From: Tubiluchus corallicola
Lineage: Eukaryota > Animalia > Priapulida
Reading direction: 5' to 3'
Length of the DNA stretch: 64,000 nucleotides
Assembly (NCBI GenBank): GCA_030141605.1
Contig: JAQGDQ010000794.1
Location: forward strand, 31,097 to 95,096
Positions 26,748 through 41,395 of this stretch are shown here, piece by piece (the stretch's first letter is position 1; the number at the start of each line of letters is the position of its first letter). Made by a program: the position numbers and the translations under genes. Under the pieces are notes generated by a model, which did no database searches, was not told the origin of the DNA, and saw only the letters and a program-made list of their open reading frames with translations.

Positions 26748-27904
26748 GTAATGCTTAGATTACATACACAAATGTGTTACATTTTGTTTACAATAATTTT
26801 GTTTACAATAATCTAAAACTCACGTTTGCAATAGAAGTAATTGTCATAATGATGTAGATGATAATGATGTCGAAACAATTCACTATTAATTTTTGGAAAA
26901 TTGCAGGTATTTTTGTCATTCAAGTACTAAGTGTTTTGGCAATTTAATTGAAAGTGTTCAAGGTGTTTTTTGCAGAAACTATCTTAGTTATTTTGTCAGA
27001 TGAAGAGAACCATGCACAAACATCAGCAACATTACTTAGATTACTTTGCTTAAATTCAAGAAACTAATTTCCATTTTTCCCAGTTTCTCAACAGCTTTTG
27101 TATTCATATCAATTTTTTGAAACCCAAAACATGAAATCCAAACCACCTTCTTAAATTGACCACGGTAAGTGACTTTTTTGTTGCTTTATATTTGTTGGAT
27201 GATGCCAAGTCCTAATATGGGCATGCATGCGTATCAAAGGATGCTACCAAGTATTGATAGTTAAATATGTCATCAAGCTGTTTTTAAATTAACTAAATCA
27301 TAGAACGTTTTAAACAACTCTGTAAATGCTTTTACTTCTGAAATGCTAGTGCATAGAAAAATAGCCAGCGTAGTCTTGCAGGAATGCAGCTAGCCTTTGG
27401 GAGCATGTAGGCCCATTCCTCACCTCTAAATGTCTTCTATGCATGAAACCGTTCATCCGTATGTTTGTTTTTTCCATTCATTTCCTATCCACATAAGTTG
27501 ACTTCTTGTATCGAATTGAAACCTAATGATGGTAAAGAGACAATATTAGTAGAAACATCAGTTGGTAATTGACTTAATGAAAAGGTAAGTGATCTAACTG
27601 CAATATTCCTTAAGTCTCTGCGAAGAGCACTCCTAAAATCCAAAATCACTTTCCAGTTTCATCGCCATCCTTTATACGACTACCGCGCACATTCAAACCA
27701 GTCACTAAATGATTAACTGATAACAAAAGGGGTGTTCATCCACTGCTAGGTAACTCTTGTGGCGGCTGACAATACTGCTGAGATGCTGCGCTATGTACCG
27801 GGGGTGAGAGAGCCTTCTACATTCTGAAAAACTAAGTATGTCAATGTCTAGCAAAATATCTAAAAAAATTCACTTGTATGTTGTCCTACTTTTGACTTGC
27901 TTGC

Positions 27905-28043
27905 GGTGATTGCTTGCAGCACCCATGGTAATTGCTTGCAGCATTCATGGTGATTGCTTGCAGCACCCATGGCAATTGCTTGCAGCATCCATGGTGATTG
28001 CTTGCAGCATCCATGGTGATTGCTTGCAGCACCAATGGTGATT
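27905..28043 (+). repeat. 22-bp minisatellite (~6 copies)
   Basis: Unit GGTGATTGCTTGCAGCACCCAT. Confidence 0.9.
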
Positions 28044-29012
28044 TAACGTGTCTTGGCAGTTTTGCAGCATTTTAGGTAATGTCGAACAAAATTTGTAACC
28101 GGAACCTATCCTAATGAATATTCGGGTTGCAAAATGCAGCGCGAAGTTAACGTGTTTGACACCCCTCTGAATAGGGCAAACCTGTTCAGAAGTCGCTTTG
28201 CCATGATCGTTGTTAATTAGGTGTTACATATTTTTGCACAACATAGTTTTCCTGTAAACTCCTTAATATATATCTCTGTTAATTTGGTTGGAATGTGTAG
28301 GAGAGTGTGAACGTATGCGTGTGACCACTGCTACTAGACACTACTAGACAGCAATCTTCGCTGTGACATTGAGACAAAATGAGAATTCGTTTGCATTTCT
28401 TCACGTAGTTGGCGTTGACGCCAATTTCACGCACGCGCCGTAGTTTCGCCACCGCGCCACGTTTAAAATGTGTTTGCGACAAATTATTTACCTTTTTTGT
28501 GAAAGTTTTGCTTTTCTTCGAGAAAGAAACATGAAGACTTGATGGCAAACGGTAAGCAAATTTATTTCCGACTTTTTGACACGCAAGCGCTCCATAAATA
28601 CGAACAGTATGGGCGTTTCGGTACTGATAATATTTTTTATCATTAATTATTATTAATTATTTATTATCGTAGTCTAATAATATATTTTATCATTAAAGTT
28701 TGTCTCTGAGTTAAATTATTCTGACTGTTAATACGTGCCTGACCAGATGTGTTTACCTGAAAGTCAGGATGTAGTTAATTTGTTTTGCATGCTATCTATC
28801 CAGGAGGCAGGCAGGAACAGTTAACAAAGCAGCTCGTTGAGTAGCATTAGCGTCTTTCCAAAAAAGACTGTTAGTTAACATAATCTAGTCTTGTTATATT
28901 GTTGATATTGTATACTGTTATTTTATACTGATATATTCTATTGACTGTTGCTTTTCAGAAAGTTTATATTCAAGTTGTTTCATTTTTCTCGAGGTTTCCA
29001 TTTTCAGAGAAA

Positions 29013-32000
29013 ATGGACTTCAGGCCGAACATCAGACCAAACCTGCGTCGTTTATGGAATGGCAACCTGATATTCAACAATTCTTCGGAGGCAGAGGCTG
29101 TGAAGAAAAGTGGAACAGCAAGAAGGCAAGTTCGCATGGCTGCCCTTGATGCTGAAACTGTGCACAACAATGCTATCAAAGAGGTTGAAAGAATGGGTGC
29201 CAACGTAAAGGACAGGGTAAGTAATAAAAATTACATATTTCAATTTTTTTATTTTGTTAACGCACCACAGGCAGTGTTAGCTTTCCCGACTTTATAAACT
29301 CTGCTGTATGCACTTTCATGATTTATAAATTTATTAAGAATGCCTATATGAAACTATTTTATTTTTACAGATCTCCGTTCTTAGACAGTACCGACTTCAG
29401 TTTGGGCAATACCACGGTCAGTCAATGAAATGGTTAGTTGAGAATGCTTTGGGTTATGCATTGTACGTGGTGAGGTCAATGAAACATGAGCCAATGTGTG
29501 ACACACCATTGTCAAGAAATAAGTATGCTTTGAAGGAGTATCTAATGCTTCAACCAGAACTGAAAGACGAGGTTGAAAAAGCCCAGTGAAGAAGGAACTT
29601 CCAGATGTTCGACCACCTATACCACGACGTCCTGATTTGCCAGCAGCATTAGGAGCTCCGCCCAAGTCACCAGAGAGGATGCCTGATCCGGATGAGGCGA
29701 CTTCATCAGAGAGAATAGAGATTTCGACTGAGACGAAGGAAGGCAGAGTCCGACTGACGAGGTCCTCAGCAAATCTGGCTGAAATAACTGGTAAGTAACA
29801 TTTCTTTTTTATTTTAATACTAACATGCCTTGTGTGCACTTGTGTGAAGGTGTTGTTATTATGTATACTAAATAATATATTTTTACAGCACGTACTGTGC
29901 GTGTCGTGTTAGAAGACATAGCACAACGTGGTCAACTACAACATGCACCACCCCCAGTTGAGCCAGTTTTTTTGTACCTCATGTGTTCTTGCTAAGTTTT
30001 AGAAACTGAACTTTGACTATAGTATGAATATGTTGAATATAGTGCTTGAATACAGTGTTTATATAATTTTAACACTGTTTTTATTTCTCTGTAGAGTCTT
30101 TTGCCTCCAGCTTGGAGAAAAGACATACCAAAGAGGGAACAGGCGTGGATCTCTAAAGCTGCTTTTATCTTTGGACCTGGTGGTAAACGCCATACTAAAG
30201 TTGCGGCATGCTGCCCTGGAGTACTTCAGCAAATCGATGTAGGTCACCGTTCGCAGTTTCCTGCACTACTAACATAGAGGTTAGTTGTTATAATTATATT
30301 TTAGTTTTTGTGTTCTGTGCATTTTTTAAAAAAACAATTGTCTGGGTTTGTTATGTCTTGACATTTTGTTGACTATAACCCAAGAACACAATATCTTATG
30401 TGACCTTTTTTCCAGGTATGCATATAGCAAGCATTTGCTGATATTGTTGAGAGAGAGAAGTACGGGGAATACGTCAACGCAGTTATACACAAAACTCTTG
30501 GAACCTCACTGAAGCATGGTTAGCAAAAACAGCACAATACCTGACAGCATGCGAACCATTTGCTTCATCCATGATAACACCGGTGAGGTTTGCGGCTATT
30601 CCTGAAATGCCATCTCTGCCAACTCCAAAATGTCTTCTGAGTGTCTATGCTCTCCACGTTCTTCACAGGCTAAGTTGTGAAGAAGTTGGCTGGCCAAGGT
30701 GCCGACACTGCAGCTTGAGTTACAAATGTTGGTGACGATCCTTGCAATGAGCTTGGACAAGTGCTCATATCTGTTGCCACGTGTGCAGAAGGTGTTGGAT
30801 TGACGGAGATGGCTGCTGGACTGATGAGACGTTACAGCGAGGCGAACCAAGATCCACCACATCTGATGTACGTGGACAGGGACTGCTGTTCATCAACAGG
30901 AACAAGAAGTAAGACACATGCCATGTTTGCCATGTTTCACTTGTGGAAGAACCTGATTGTTCGGCTAGATGTCTACCACTTCATTAGAAGAATAGGATCC
31001 TGCGTTCTCGAGTCTCATCAGCTGTATGCACCATTCATGAGGCAAATCTCAGCAGCCATATTCGAGTGGGATGACAAGGATGTGCAAAATCTCATCAAAG
31101 CTAAATGCTCAGAGCTGGAGAAGCAGCGCATTTCACTATCCAATGCTAATATCAGAAGACAGAATCATCGAAGTCTTTTCTGGAGAACAAGGCAAGGACA
31201 CCATGGGCGTTCCTCTTGTCGATGGTCCGCGTATGAGGACAGAATGGGCCGAACAAAAACGTCATGTGAGCTGTCTGCAAGATCCACCAAAACTACCGGC
31301 TCTACTCTCAGACAGGCACTGTGAGAAAAGATGTCATCCTGCCAGTATATAGATGTGCACGTAGCTCAACATCTTTGGAGTCTTTTCATAGCCATCTCGT
31401 CAACTTCATCCCAGGTATTAATTCAAATGTTTTGGTGATAAATGACATGAATTTATTGGTTTATCAATTATTATAACATGCATTTTCCAGGGCTCCTTCT
31501 TTTTGGTATTTAGTATTAATTTCTATATATTGCAATTTCAGGAACGAGTGGAAATCAAACGCACTTCCAAGCTTACCTGTTGGAAGGTATTGTGAAATGG
31601 AACGAGGATAGGGCTGCTGCTTCAGTTAGTACCACCACGAAAATTTCTCAGCAGACTTTCAGCGGTGAATTGAAGCAGACAGTGAATGAACTGAACAGGA
31701 AGGTTTTTGGATGCGATTATGATTCTTCATATCAAGCACCAGCACCAGAAAAATACACAGGTTTGTAATATTGCATTACTTTAATTTGTTCAACATGTTC
31801 AGTTTAATATTATTGTGCCTGACGTGTCAAATGTGTATTTATTGTCTCAGTTTTAATTACAATTTCTTTTTATAGGTGAGCTGATAGGCATAGAATACCT
31901 CTTCTCGCAAACTGGTAAAGTCTTGAAGCCACCTTCGTTTGACCCTGACGTGAAAGATGAAGAGGAAGATGAAGTTGACGAAGAAGACGAGGCAGTACTG

Positions 32001-32576
32001 GAGCCTGTGGAGGACATCGAAGCGGAGGATCAAATACTAGCATCAATTAAAGAATAACTTGATCAGTTTTTCGACGAAGGAGATTCTGATGCAACTGAAA
32101 CCTACGAAGTGGAAGCAGAAGAAGAAGTGCAAGTGCAACCAGAGAAAGTGCAAGAAGTGCAACTAGGTGAAGCCATACTTTCAGCTTCAACTGGCATAAG
32201 TCCCAGCTGATGAAGGGCTGCAATGTGGATGAAGGGATGATGTTGGAGGCAATGTGGGGCAAGCTCAGTGGCCAAGTGCAAGCAGGCTAGTTGAAGCCCT
32301 CTGTCTGAAGCTGTGCATTCTCCATCCACATCCACTGAAGTCTCCAAAAACTCCACTTTAGACCATTACCAGATGGAGGCTCATTCTAGATGATTATGGC
32401 CAAATCCAGGAACTGCTGTCCTCAAATCCAAAGGTGCAGGCTCACACCACGCTGCAGCTGTTTTACATCAATCACATCAATCAAACTCTGATCAAAAACT
32501 GGTAAGTTTGCAGCGCATTTTTATTTTTGACAATTTCACTGTTTAAAAACTATGACTTATACTGCATTTGGATGTG

Positions 32577-32651
<75 letters not shown>

Positions 32652-32960
32652 TTATTGTAATATTGTCCTTGTAGGTTCAATATTGAGGCATTTGTAAGAA
32701 AGCGGAAGTTGCCTGATGATGCTGACAAACCACCAAGTGTGCCTCACTCAACAGCATACAGACATCGTCACATGCGAGAAGAGGGGCAATCTCCGAAGTA
32801 GAAGCGACTGAAGGCTTCCAATTATTGCAAGAAATGTGGCTTCGATTCAGCGTGGATACCTTTTCTGTCCAAACGAAGGTATTCCATACGAGCAATGGTT
32901 GGAAGACGTCCTTGTCCAGATACCTGCAAAGAAAAAGCAAAGGAGGAGGAGGAGGTGTCA
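29013..32960 (+). pseudogene. Decayed intron-containing putative DNA-transposase gene (DUF6729-like family)
   Basis: Spliced segments encode LQFGQYHGQSMKWLVENALGY (~29395), YVDRDCC, RLDVYHFIRR (DxxH), YRCARSSTSLESFHSHLVNFIPG (31348-31414), FQAYLLEGIVKWNEDR and YTGELIGIEYLFSQTG, with multiple stops and frameshifts. The family is recognised from memory, not searched. Confidence 0.75.
32593..32648 (+). repeat. (CA)n microsatellite with an adjacent (TA)n
   Basis: Read directly. Confidence 0.95.
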
Positions 32961-34789
32961 AAACCCGTACCGTATGGAATTTAATGTATGAAGGCCGCAC
33001 GTTTGAGGTTGCTGGGACACACGTTGTGTATTTTTTGTGTGTGTCTTCATTGGAGAAAGAACTAATCGTTTAGGTGTCAAAACCCGTACCATTTGGAATT
33101 TACAGCACGAAGGCCGCACGTTTGAGGTTGTGCAGCATACATGAACAGTGCACAGTTTTTTGGGATTTTTTTATATTTTTTTCTGCCCCTACCAAACAAG
33201 CTACTAACTATAACTCATTTTCATTCCCTTCCCATCCATGCAGTTTTTTTTTCTACCATGCTTGTGAACTTTACTTGTATATCTGTATTTTTTTCTGCAC
33301 TGTATTCTTTAAGTTATATGGTTAGTGCAGTTTTTTGCCTAAACATGTATATCTGTATTTTTTCTGTGCTGTATTCTTGTTTCAACATGTAGTTTTTTCT
33401 GTAATGTTTCTGTAATTTATAAACTGGTTAGTGTAGTTTTTTGCTTGAACATATAGTATAAATGTAGTTTTTCTCTTTTTCCTTAATAAATTACGTTCAT
33501 CTGCTGACACGCCCGTGCCGTGACGGGGGGCACCGGGTTCGCACACCGCTACGGCAAAACTTCTTTACCGTGCACAAAAGCAGCGCGATTTTTTTCAACA
33601 CGCGTGTGGGATGAAGGAAGGCCCGAGCATTAAGTTTCACCGGTTTCGGCACGAATCAGCGCGAAAAAAGTTACCTCGGCGAGACGCGAACCAGCAACCC
33701 TTTGCGTGCGACAGAGAAGATTGGGCGGGTGCCTTGATATTGTCATTTGGGCATTTGAGTGTGTCTGCTGTATTGAAACCTGGTGACACATCACTCTCAC
33801 TCTTAAATCATATGTTTTAATCGAAGGCTGAATAGCTTAAATAATTTTACTGTATTGGTTTATATTTTTCCTAGTGGTTTCTAGTCTTTGAAATTTTGAT
33901 AATTTAGTACATGAAACTTTAAAGAAATTTTAGGCAAATCATGTAATAGGCACACTCTTCTTAAGCGTACAGTATTTAATTTATTTAGTTTTTAATTATA
34001 ATTAAATACTCTTAATTATTTATCGGTGACAAAAGCTCTTGAAGCTTGTAGTTGTCTGGTTTAGAAATCGACGTAAAATAAATGTTTATCTTAGCAGATA
34101 GGTGGCTCTGACTAACTGTTACACTGTGTACTGCTGATGTGACCGATATCTCACATGTATAAATAGTTTGAGTTAATAAATGGTTTTTCCTTTATAGACC
34201 TGTGTATTCTACGTAACTTAAATTTTGCAAGTAAGCCTATGTTTAATTGCATGTAAAACTTTCTGAAAATGTAAATTTTAAGTGTTTTTTACTTACTAAT
34301 ATAGTGTCATGTAAAGTCTTTAATTTTGTTTAGTTTACTTTAACAGTTTGACATTATTATTTAACACCAGTCCAGAGAATGAACATACACAATCATTTGT
34401 ACACATTGTTATTCAATTGTTGTACATTTTGTATATGTTGTTATTGTAATAAAGTACGTGACATAATTATGTGTTTATACGCTCAACTGGTTGAAAGTAT
34501 CGATCCTGCCTCAAATTAATCCAAATGAAAATATTTAACGGTTTATCGTATAACAAATTTAATAATTTAATAATTACTTCAGAAGCTGATTGTAGCAGTG
34601 TATGGGAGAGTGCCCCACGGCGCACCCATATGTTTGAAGTGTTTTTAAAACTAGTCGGTCACATAAATATTCATTCGCAGTTTATCATATGATGAAACGG
34701 ACTTTAAATTTTGTTTCCCATGAATTTCTGACTGTTGCAGTCTTAGAATTTTAATTTATTCGATCAAACGAAAACAAGGGTTAGGGTCA

Positions 34790-35168
34790 ACAAGTAAGAT
34801 ATTCCCATAACGCCCACTCCAACAGGTAAAATGTTCCCATAACGCCCACTGCAACAGGTAAGATATTCCCATAACGCACACTGCAACAGGTAAAATGTTC
34901 CCATAACGCCCACTGCAACAGGTAAAATGTTCCCATAACGCCCACTGCAACAGGTAAAATGTTCCCATAACGCCCACTGCAACAGGTAAAATGTTCCCAT
35001 AACGCCCACTGCAACAGGTAAAATGTTCCTATAACGCCCACTGCAACAGGTAAAATGTTCCTATAACGCCCACTGGAACAGATAAAATGTTCCTATAACA
35101 CCCACTGCAGCAGGTAAAATGTTCCTATAACACCCACTGCAACAGGTAAAATGTTCCCATAACGCCCA
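34790..35168 (+). repeat. 32-bp minisatellite (~12 copies)
   Basis: Unit GTTCCCATAACGCCCACTGCAACAGGTAAAAT. Confidence 0.95.
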
Positions 35169-38155
35169 GCAAAGTCACCACCCAGTCTGAAATTTTTATG
35201 ATCTGTAATTTGATAATATAATAATATTGATTTTATTTGGTACGTTTCTTCTCTGGAGGGTCTACATAAAGTTGGTCACAATAAATACATTTATGTGTAT
35301 CAAGTAAGTAAGAAGCAGCAACGCAACTAACACACCACAATGTTTTCACGTAGCTCAGACTATAAATAAGGAGACGCATAACTTCACTTCAATGACACTG
35401 GGGTATGCTAATTCGACAATTTTTATTAAGTTTCGACAATGTCAATTTCTTTATCTCGATAAAATATGAAGTATCAAAACCTAATCATTTAAAAAATCAT
35501 TGACGTATCATTAGCGGGATAATTAACTGTACTCAAAGTGCCCACCCTGGGTGTGTTTTCGAAACATCAGAGGTGGGCTCTTTGAGCACATTGCCATTTT
35601 TAGTAAAAGATGATTTTGATTCTTTTTTATTAAAGACAATAAGTGCTGGAAGTGCACCTGCAAAGCAATCCTCAATATTGCTATATTCAACGTTTTGGCC
35701 CCAACTGGCTTGCTCTACATTATAATGTTCCGGAGTTCGACCCGGTAGATAGCCTTACGGCCCGCCATTGGTGATGCGTGTAAGCGCTACATAACAACAC
35801 TCCGGAATTTTTTTAAAAAAAGAAACAACAAAACCAAAACTCAGAATTCAAAAGGGAAGTCTGAGAAGAACAACACAATAGAAAAAAGTACCTGATGACA
35901 AACCTTACAGAATCCACGACACTCGGCTGGCAGACAGGAGAAGTGCATTCCACCACAAAAAAAACAGACAACAGACGATGTTCGTTCTTTCCACAGGAAA
36001 CCACTGCTCAACCAACGGCAGGTAATGTTATGGACTTCCTAGTTTAAAATGTGCTGACGCAATCAGAATGGTCACGTGACCAGATTGTTTCGGCGCGGAC
36101 GAGTCTGCGGGAGACGAGTGTAAAAAAGCGGACATGTCTTGTTTAGAATACTTTGGTTATAAAAAGTTTCGTTTGCGTCTTTGTTTGTGAAATTGTCATA
36201 GAAGTTTTTGTTTCACACCGCAGGTTGTGTAATACAGAAGATATCAATATACAAATTTTTGTGGTAAGTTTTGACTGTTTTACGATTTTCGATAGACAAG
36301 TAAATTATAGATAATTAGCTCTGAAACTTGGGCGAAGTGACAGGGCATCGCCACAAAAATGGAGGCCATAACATTACCTGTAGGCCGCTTGGCCTGGTGC
36401 CTGTGAACAGAACAGTACAATGCACATTCACCTGTTCAGCTCAATATTTAATCCAGTTCAGTCAGAAAGGTCATAAATGTAAATAAATGTAATTAATTGG
36501 TAGAAGGGCAGATACTTTTTTAAAGCAAAGAACAAGTCATGTTGAGTTTATTTTACACTCGTCTCTTGCACTTAGAAAAATATAACAAAGAAATTTGCAA
36601 AGAACTGCCTATAAAGCATAAATTTAAAATATTGTTACGAGGGCGAAATACTATTTATTTTCAACACGCCCTCTACATTGTGATGGAACAATCCAATCCA
36701 ATATGAAGCCATTGCATATCAGCATAGCAGCTATAAGTACCTGGTGTGGAATGGCCTCTTCGCTTCGGTCGGCAGATGGACAGGTGCGTTTACCACCTAA
36801 GGACCTGTTCCGTAGTCACGATCAGCATGAGGAACGCAGGAAATGATTCCGGCTAGTTTTTACCTTAATTTTCTGTTTGAAATTTTATATTTCTTGTCTA
36901 CTTTCACAACTACAACATTTGTCTGCAAGATGGCTTGACTGAACCAGACTTGAACTCTGGACCTCTTGGCCGGCTCCGCAACAATATGCTACATCTGAAT
37001 AGATATTTTAAAGCGTGAGTGGTTGACCCCATTCACTTGAAAATCGTGATGTAACTGGAAGACTTGGTGAGTTTTTGTAAGCGATATCATGGATAACTGT
37101 AAGCGCGCGCTGCTCAAACTAATTAAAACTTCTACAGCTTACCATAGACTCAGCATACCAAAAATATTACATAATTGGCTATATAATATTTTTGTAAAAC
37201 TTATATACTGAAGAAAAAATAATCATCAGAATGATTAGGTGAAGTTTATATAATTATTTAAATTATGTTAAGCTATTTATTTTTTACAATACAAAGTTTA
37301 CAATAATACTTATATATAAAGTTTATAAGAAGGCTATAACCCACATTAATAAAGTTATCAGTTAATTAAGAACTTTGAGCAGTGGCGTAGCTTGTATGTA
37401 GATGAGTGTGCAGGGGAGCAACCCTCCTCCCGAGCACATTTTTTCTCAATTTGGCACTTCTTCAACAATTCCTGAAAGCACAACCCCCCCCCCCACACAC
37501 ACACACACACACTTGCACAAAGCTTAAAAAATTCGTCTTGAAATTTTATATCACTTTCATACGATCTTTTTGCATATTAGACTTGCGTCGGTAATAACGC
37601 TGTATAAAGCATGTAAATTTAAACTCCCGCGCTGACCGTTAGACGTAGCCATTTAACGGCAAGACATTTGAAACAAGTTTAGATAACATTGTGTAAAGTT
37701 TGAAAAAATAATCAGAGCATTCGTAGCGCAGACGAACTGAACAGAATTTAAAATTACTGTATCTTGCCAGTAAGATTAAAACACGTTTTTGGTTAGTGAG
37801 TGGCGCACCCTGGAGGGTGAATCAGCGTCAGTTTTTATTAATTGTTGAAAACATTTTAAATGATTAATAATTTTCTTTTCTAGTTACACAAGTCTTTCAA
37901 GCAGGTAAGCGAAATGCTAAGTAATATAAGTTTGCACGGAAAGTTTTTTTGGGACGTAGTTTAACATTTATTCGCGTGATTTATGTTGTGCGTATGTGAC
38001 GTCGTGTAGGGTCGCGAGAAATTTAAAATGAAAACAAAGAAAAAATCCTTTCAACGCAAGTTCGATATGCGCATAAAACTGTTAAAAAGTATTGCGATTT
38101 TTTAAGGCGATTTTTATGAAACCTACCTCTGGTACCCCTTTTCTTGTCCTTTAAC

Positions 38156-38660
38156 CCTTTTAGTTCACCTGTGCCATACTCTTTTAGTTCACCTGTGCCA
38201 TTCTCTTTTAGTTCACCTGTGCCATTCTCTTTTAGTTCACCTGTGCCATACTCTTTTAGTTCACCTGTGCCATTCTCTTTTAGTTCACCTGTGCCATTCT
38301 CTTTTAGTTCACCTGTGCCATACTCTTTTAGTTCACCTGTGCCATACTCTTTTAGTTCACCTGTGCCATACTCTTTTAGTTCACCTGTGCCATACTCTTT
38401 TAGTTCACCTGTGCCATACTCTTTTAGTTCACCTGTGCCATACTCTTTTAGTTCACCTGTGCCATACTCTTTTAGTTCACCTGTGCCATGCTCTTTTAGT
38501 TCACCTGTGCCATACCCTTTTGTTCACCTGTGCCATACTCTTTTAGTTGACCTGTGCCATACTCTTTTAGTTCACCTGTGCCGTTCTCTTTTAGTTCACC
38601 TGTGCCATACTCTTTTAGTTCACCTGTGCCATGCTCTTTTAGTTGACCTGTGCCATGCTC
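38156..38660 (+). repeat. 24-bp minisatellite (~21 copies)
   Basis: Unit TTTTAGTTCACCTGTGCCATACTC; accounts for the SFSSPVPY ORF. Confidence 0.95.
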
Positions 38661-38664
38661 AAGT

Positions 38665-39255
38665 GTCCTAGAGACGACTGCAATGACCATAGACATAATA
38701 GGCTTAATGCAAATCGTGAGGCAGTTACAGAAAAGTATCAGGCCTGTTCCATAAAGGACTCGGCCAATCCATCTGCCCTGATTCAGACGGAAGTAGATGG
38801 TGAGGTGCTGGTGGGAAAAAGCTGTTGTGTGGCTTTTGACTCACCTAAGAAGGAGCCAACAAGCTCAGGTGACTTTTCACAGATACCACATAGTTGTGGA
38901 GAGGCAAAGGTGTACTCTGGAGGAGAGAGTAGTGCTCTGCTAAGTGTTGGTTGGAGGGAGCTTGAGTCCCTAGACCATGCAGAGAGGGCCCCGTGTGAAG
39001 GAGTCCAGCCTTATACCATCGAATCCTTGAAAGAGTTACAGGGGCAGGATGAGGCTATCCAGTTCTTCAAAGATTTGAAGGAACACTATGAGCCACAGCC
39101 CAGTTTCAAGGACATGGTAGGGAAAAGTTCAGACTTTAAGGCCTATTGTAGTCAGTGGGACTTACTTGAGCTACAGGATGGATTTCTATATAGGCGTTGG
39201 GTAACCCCAGTAACGCCAAGTTTCCCCATCACGCAACTTGTTGTACCATCCAAAG
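38665..39255 (+). mobile_element. Gypsy/Ty3 LTR-retrotransposon pol fragment (region just before the integrase H2C2 finger)
   Basis: ELQGQDEAI...YCSQWDLLELQDGFLYRRW...QLVVP in ORF 38643-39302. Confidence 0.6.
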
Positions 39256-41395
39256 GGAAATCCATTTCATGGAAGAGGGATCTCACCAACAGATTTGTGT
39301 GATGGACTTCTGAAAGGACGACCGCAGGGTGGCTTAGCTGTGCTCTGGAGAAAAAAACTTCCGGGTGAATATAAGATTATTACACATGAAAATGACTTTA
39401 ATATTTTAGGTTTTTCAGCTCACTTGCCTGATAAACTGATGCCAATTATGTTTGTGAATGTTTACTTTCCATATGAATGTGATGACAATCTAGATGATTT
39501 TAGATTATGTTTAGGAAAATTAAATGCTTTCATTGAAATGTCAGCCACTGGTTACGTATGTTGCATAGGAGATTTTAATTCACACATAACAAGACAGTTT
39601 TATAGAGAACTGGAAGCATTGTGCTCAGCTAATAAGTATAATATTTCTGATGTGCACAGCTTGCCAACTGATACCTTTACATATGTGAGTGCTGCACATC
39701 AAACTTGCTCTTGGTTAGACCACATAATTTGTACTGAAACAATGCATGTCATTGTTAGTAATATATTTGTTGATTACAATTTAACTAACAGTGATCATAT
39801 GCCTATAGGTACTCAGATCAATGTTGACCTTGTGCTGGCCTGTCCTATTAATGATAGTGTTATTACAGTAGATGATTTGCTAAATACTGACAATGTAATC
39901 TTTTCTAAACCTGGGCAGCATAGATATAATGTTGACTGGGATAACGCCAATGAAGGTCAGTTATCCAATTACCGGCACTGTACACATACTGCTTTACTAG
40001 GTATAGCGATGCCGTACGACGCTCTACTTTGTAATAATGTGTACTGTGAAAACGAACAACACCAAAATAACCTAACTAAACTGTATGAAGACATAACTGA
40101 CGTACTAAAAGTTTCAGCCACTATCAGTATTCCAGGGAAGCAACCTGGGTCTAATAACTGTCAGGGTAAGAGGATACCTGGTTGGAATGACTACGTTGCA
40201 GATAGTCATAAATATTCTCGCCAGTGTTTCCTTGCATGGCGTATAAATGGTAAGCCACGTAATGGTTACTTAGCTGATGAAATGCGCCGTTCTCGAGCAT
40301 TGTTTAAACGCGCACTGCGTGAGTGCAAACGTAATGAGAAACGTATTATTGCTGATAAGTTGGCTTATAAACTTATGCATTGTAACCCTTATGAATTTTG
40401 GACATCTAGTAAAAAAGAAACTAATTCTAAACTTCCTCTTTCTCCACAAGTTGGTGAGTTAAATGGGGAAAAGGACATTTGTGCAATGTGGGGTAATCAT
40501 TATAAAAATTTGTTAAATTCAGTTGACAACAAAGGTCTTAACGCAGTATAAAACATATTCTGAGCCATAGTATAACGCCCATTAATGCATTTACAGTTTT
40601 TGAAGTGCAAGAGGCAATTGATAGGCTTGCCTTACATAAATCAGCTGGTCCAGACGGACTTAAAGGTGAACATTTCCGTAATTCATCCCATTTGCTGCCA
40701 ATCATGTTGGCGCTGCTATTCACGTCCTGTGTAACACACGGTTACTTGCCTCATTCATTAATGTTATCTATACTAGTACCTCTCGTTAAAGACAAAAATG
40801 GGGATATTACAGACAAGAACAACTATAGGCCTATCGCTCTTTCATCTGTAGGAAGCAATGTTATAGAAATACTGCTTCTAAATCGTTACAGTTCTTGTTT
40901 GAGTACCACGCCAAACCAGTTTGGTTTTGTTGAAAACTTAGGCACAGAGATGTGCATCCATACTTTAAAAGGGGTGCTTGACTATTACATTAGTCGACAA
41001 AGCACTGTACATATTCTGTTTATTGACGCATCAAAAGCGTTCGATAGAGTAAACTATCTCAAACTGTTCTTAAACCTTGTCAATACTAACCTACCAAATG
41101 TAGTAACTAGACTTTTGCTTTTTTTATTACACGGAACAACGTATGTTGGTTAGATAGGGTAAATTTAACTCTGATAGTTTTGCAGTAGGTAACGGAATTC
41201 GTCAAGGTGGAAAAATGTCTCCACTGTTATTTAACTTCTATTTTAAAAATCTTAGTGCTGCACTTACTAACTCTGGTGTGGGTTGTCATATTGCTGAAGC
41301 CTGCATTAATCACTTGATGTACGCTGATGACATATGTCTTTTAGCAACAACCTCGACGGCTTTGCAGAGACTGCTAGATATTTCAATCAAGTATT
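39256..41395 (+). mobile_element. 5'-truncated, frameshifted non-LTR retrotransposon ORF2 (APE endonuclease + RT; RTE-X-like)
   Basis: Endonuclease motifs GRPQGGLAVLW, NVYFP, GDFN, SWLDH, SDH; linker IPGWN...W...GKPRNG; RT motifs KSAGPDG, NYRPIAL, QFGF, DASKAFDRV, GIRQGG.MSP.LFN, YADD. Split across ORFs 39238-40551, 40605-41153 and 41215-41397. Confidence 0.9.

Noticed and set aside
34756-35168. CRISPR-like regular 32-bp repeats and Cys-rich ORFs
   Set aside because: Head-to-tail repeats without unique spacers, eukaryotic context and no cas genes. The same applies to the 43-, 62-, 72- and 82-bp arrays.
35996-36800. Possible downstream exons of the lectin-EGF gene (35996-36021 and ~36729 onward)
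   Set aside because: Splice sites are plausible, but there is no recognisable domain or TM segment; cannot be supported without transcripts.
38144-38671. SFSSPVPY repeat protein
   Set aside because: A pure 24-bp minisatellite with no splice, start or signal context.
39238-39302. Programmed frameshift joining ORF 38643 to ORF 39238
   Set aside because: The two ORFs come from different retroelement classes (Gypsy and LINE), so the overlap is more simply an insertion junction.
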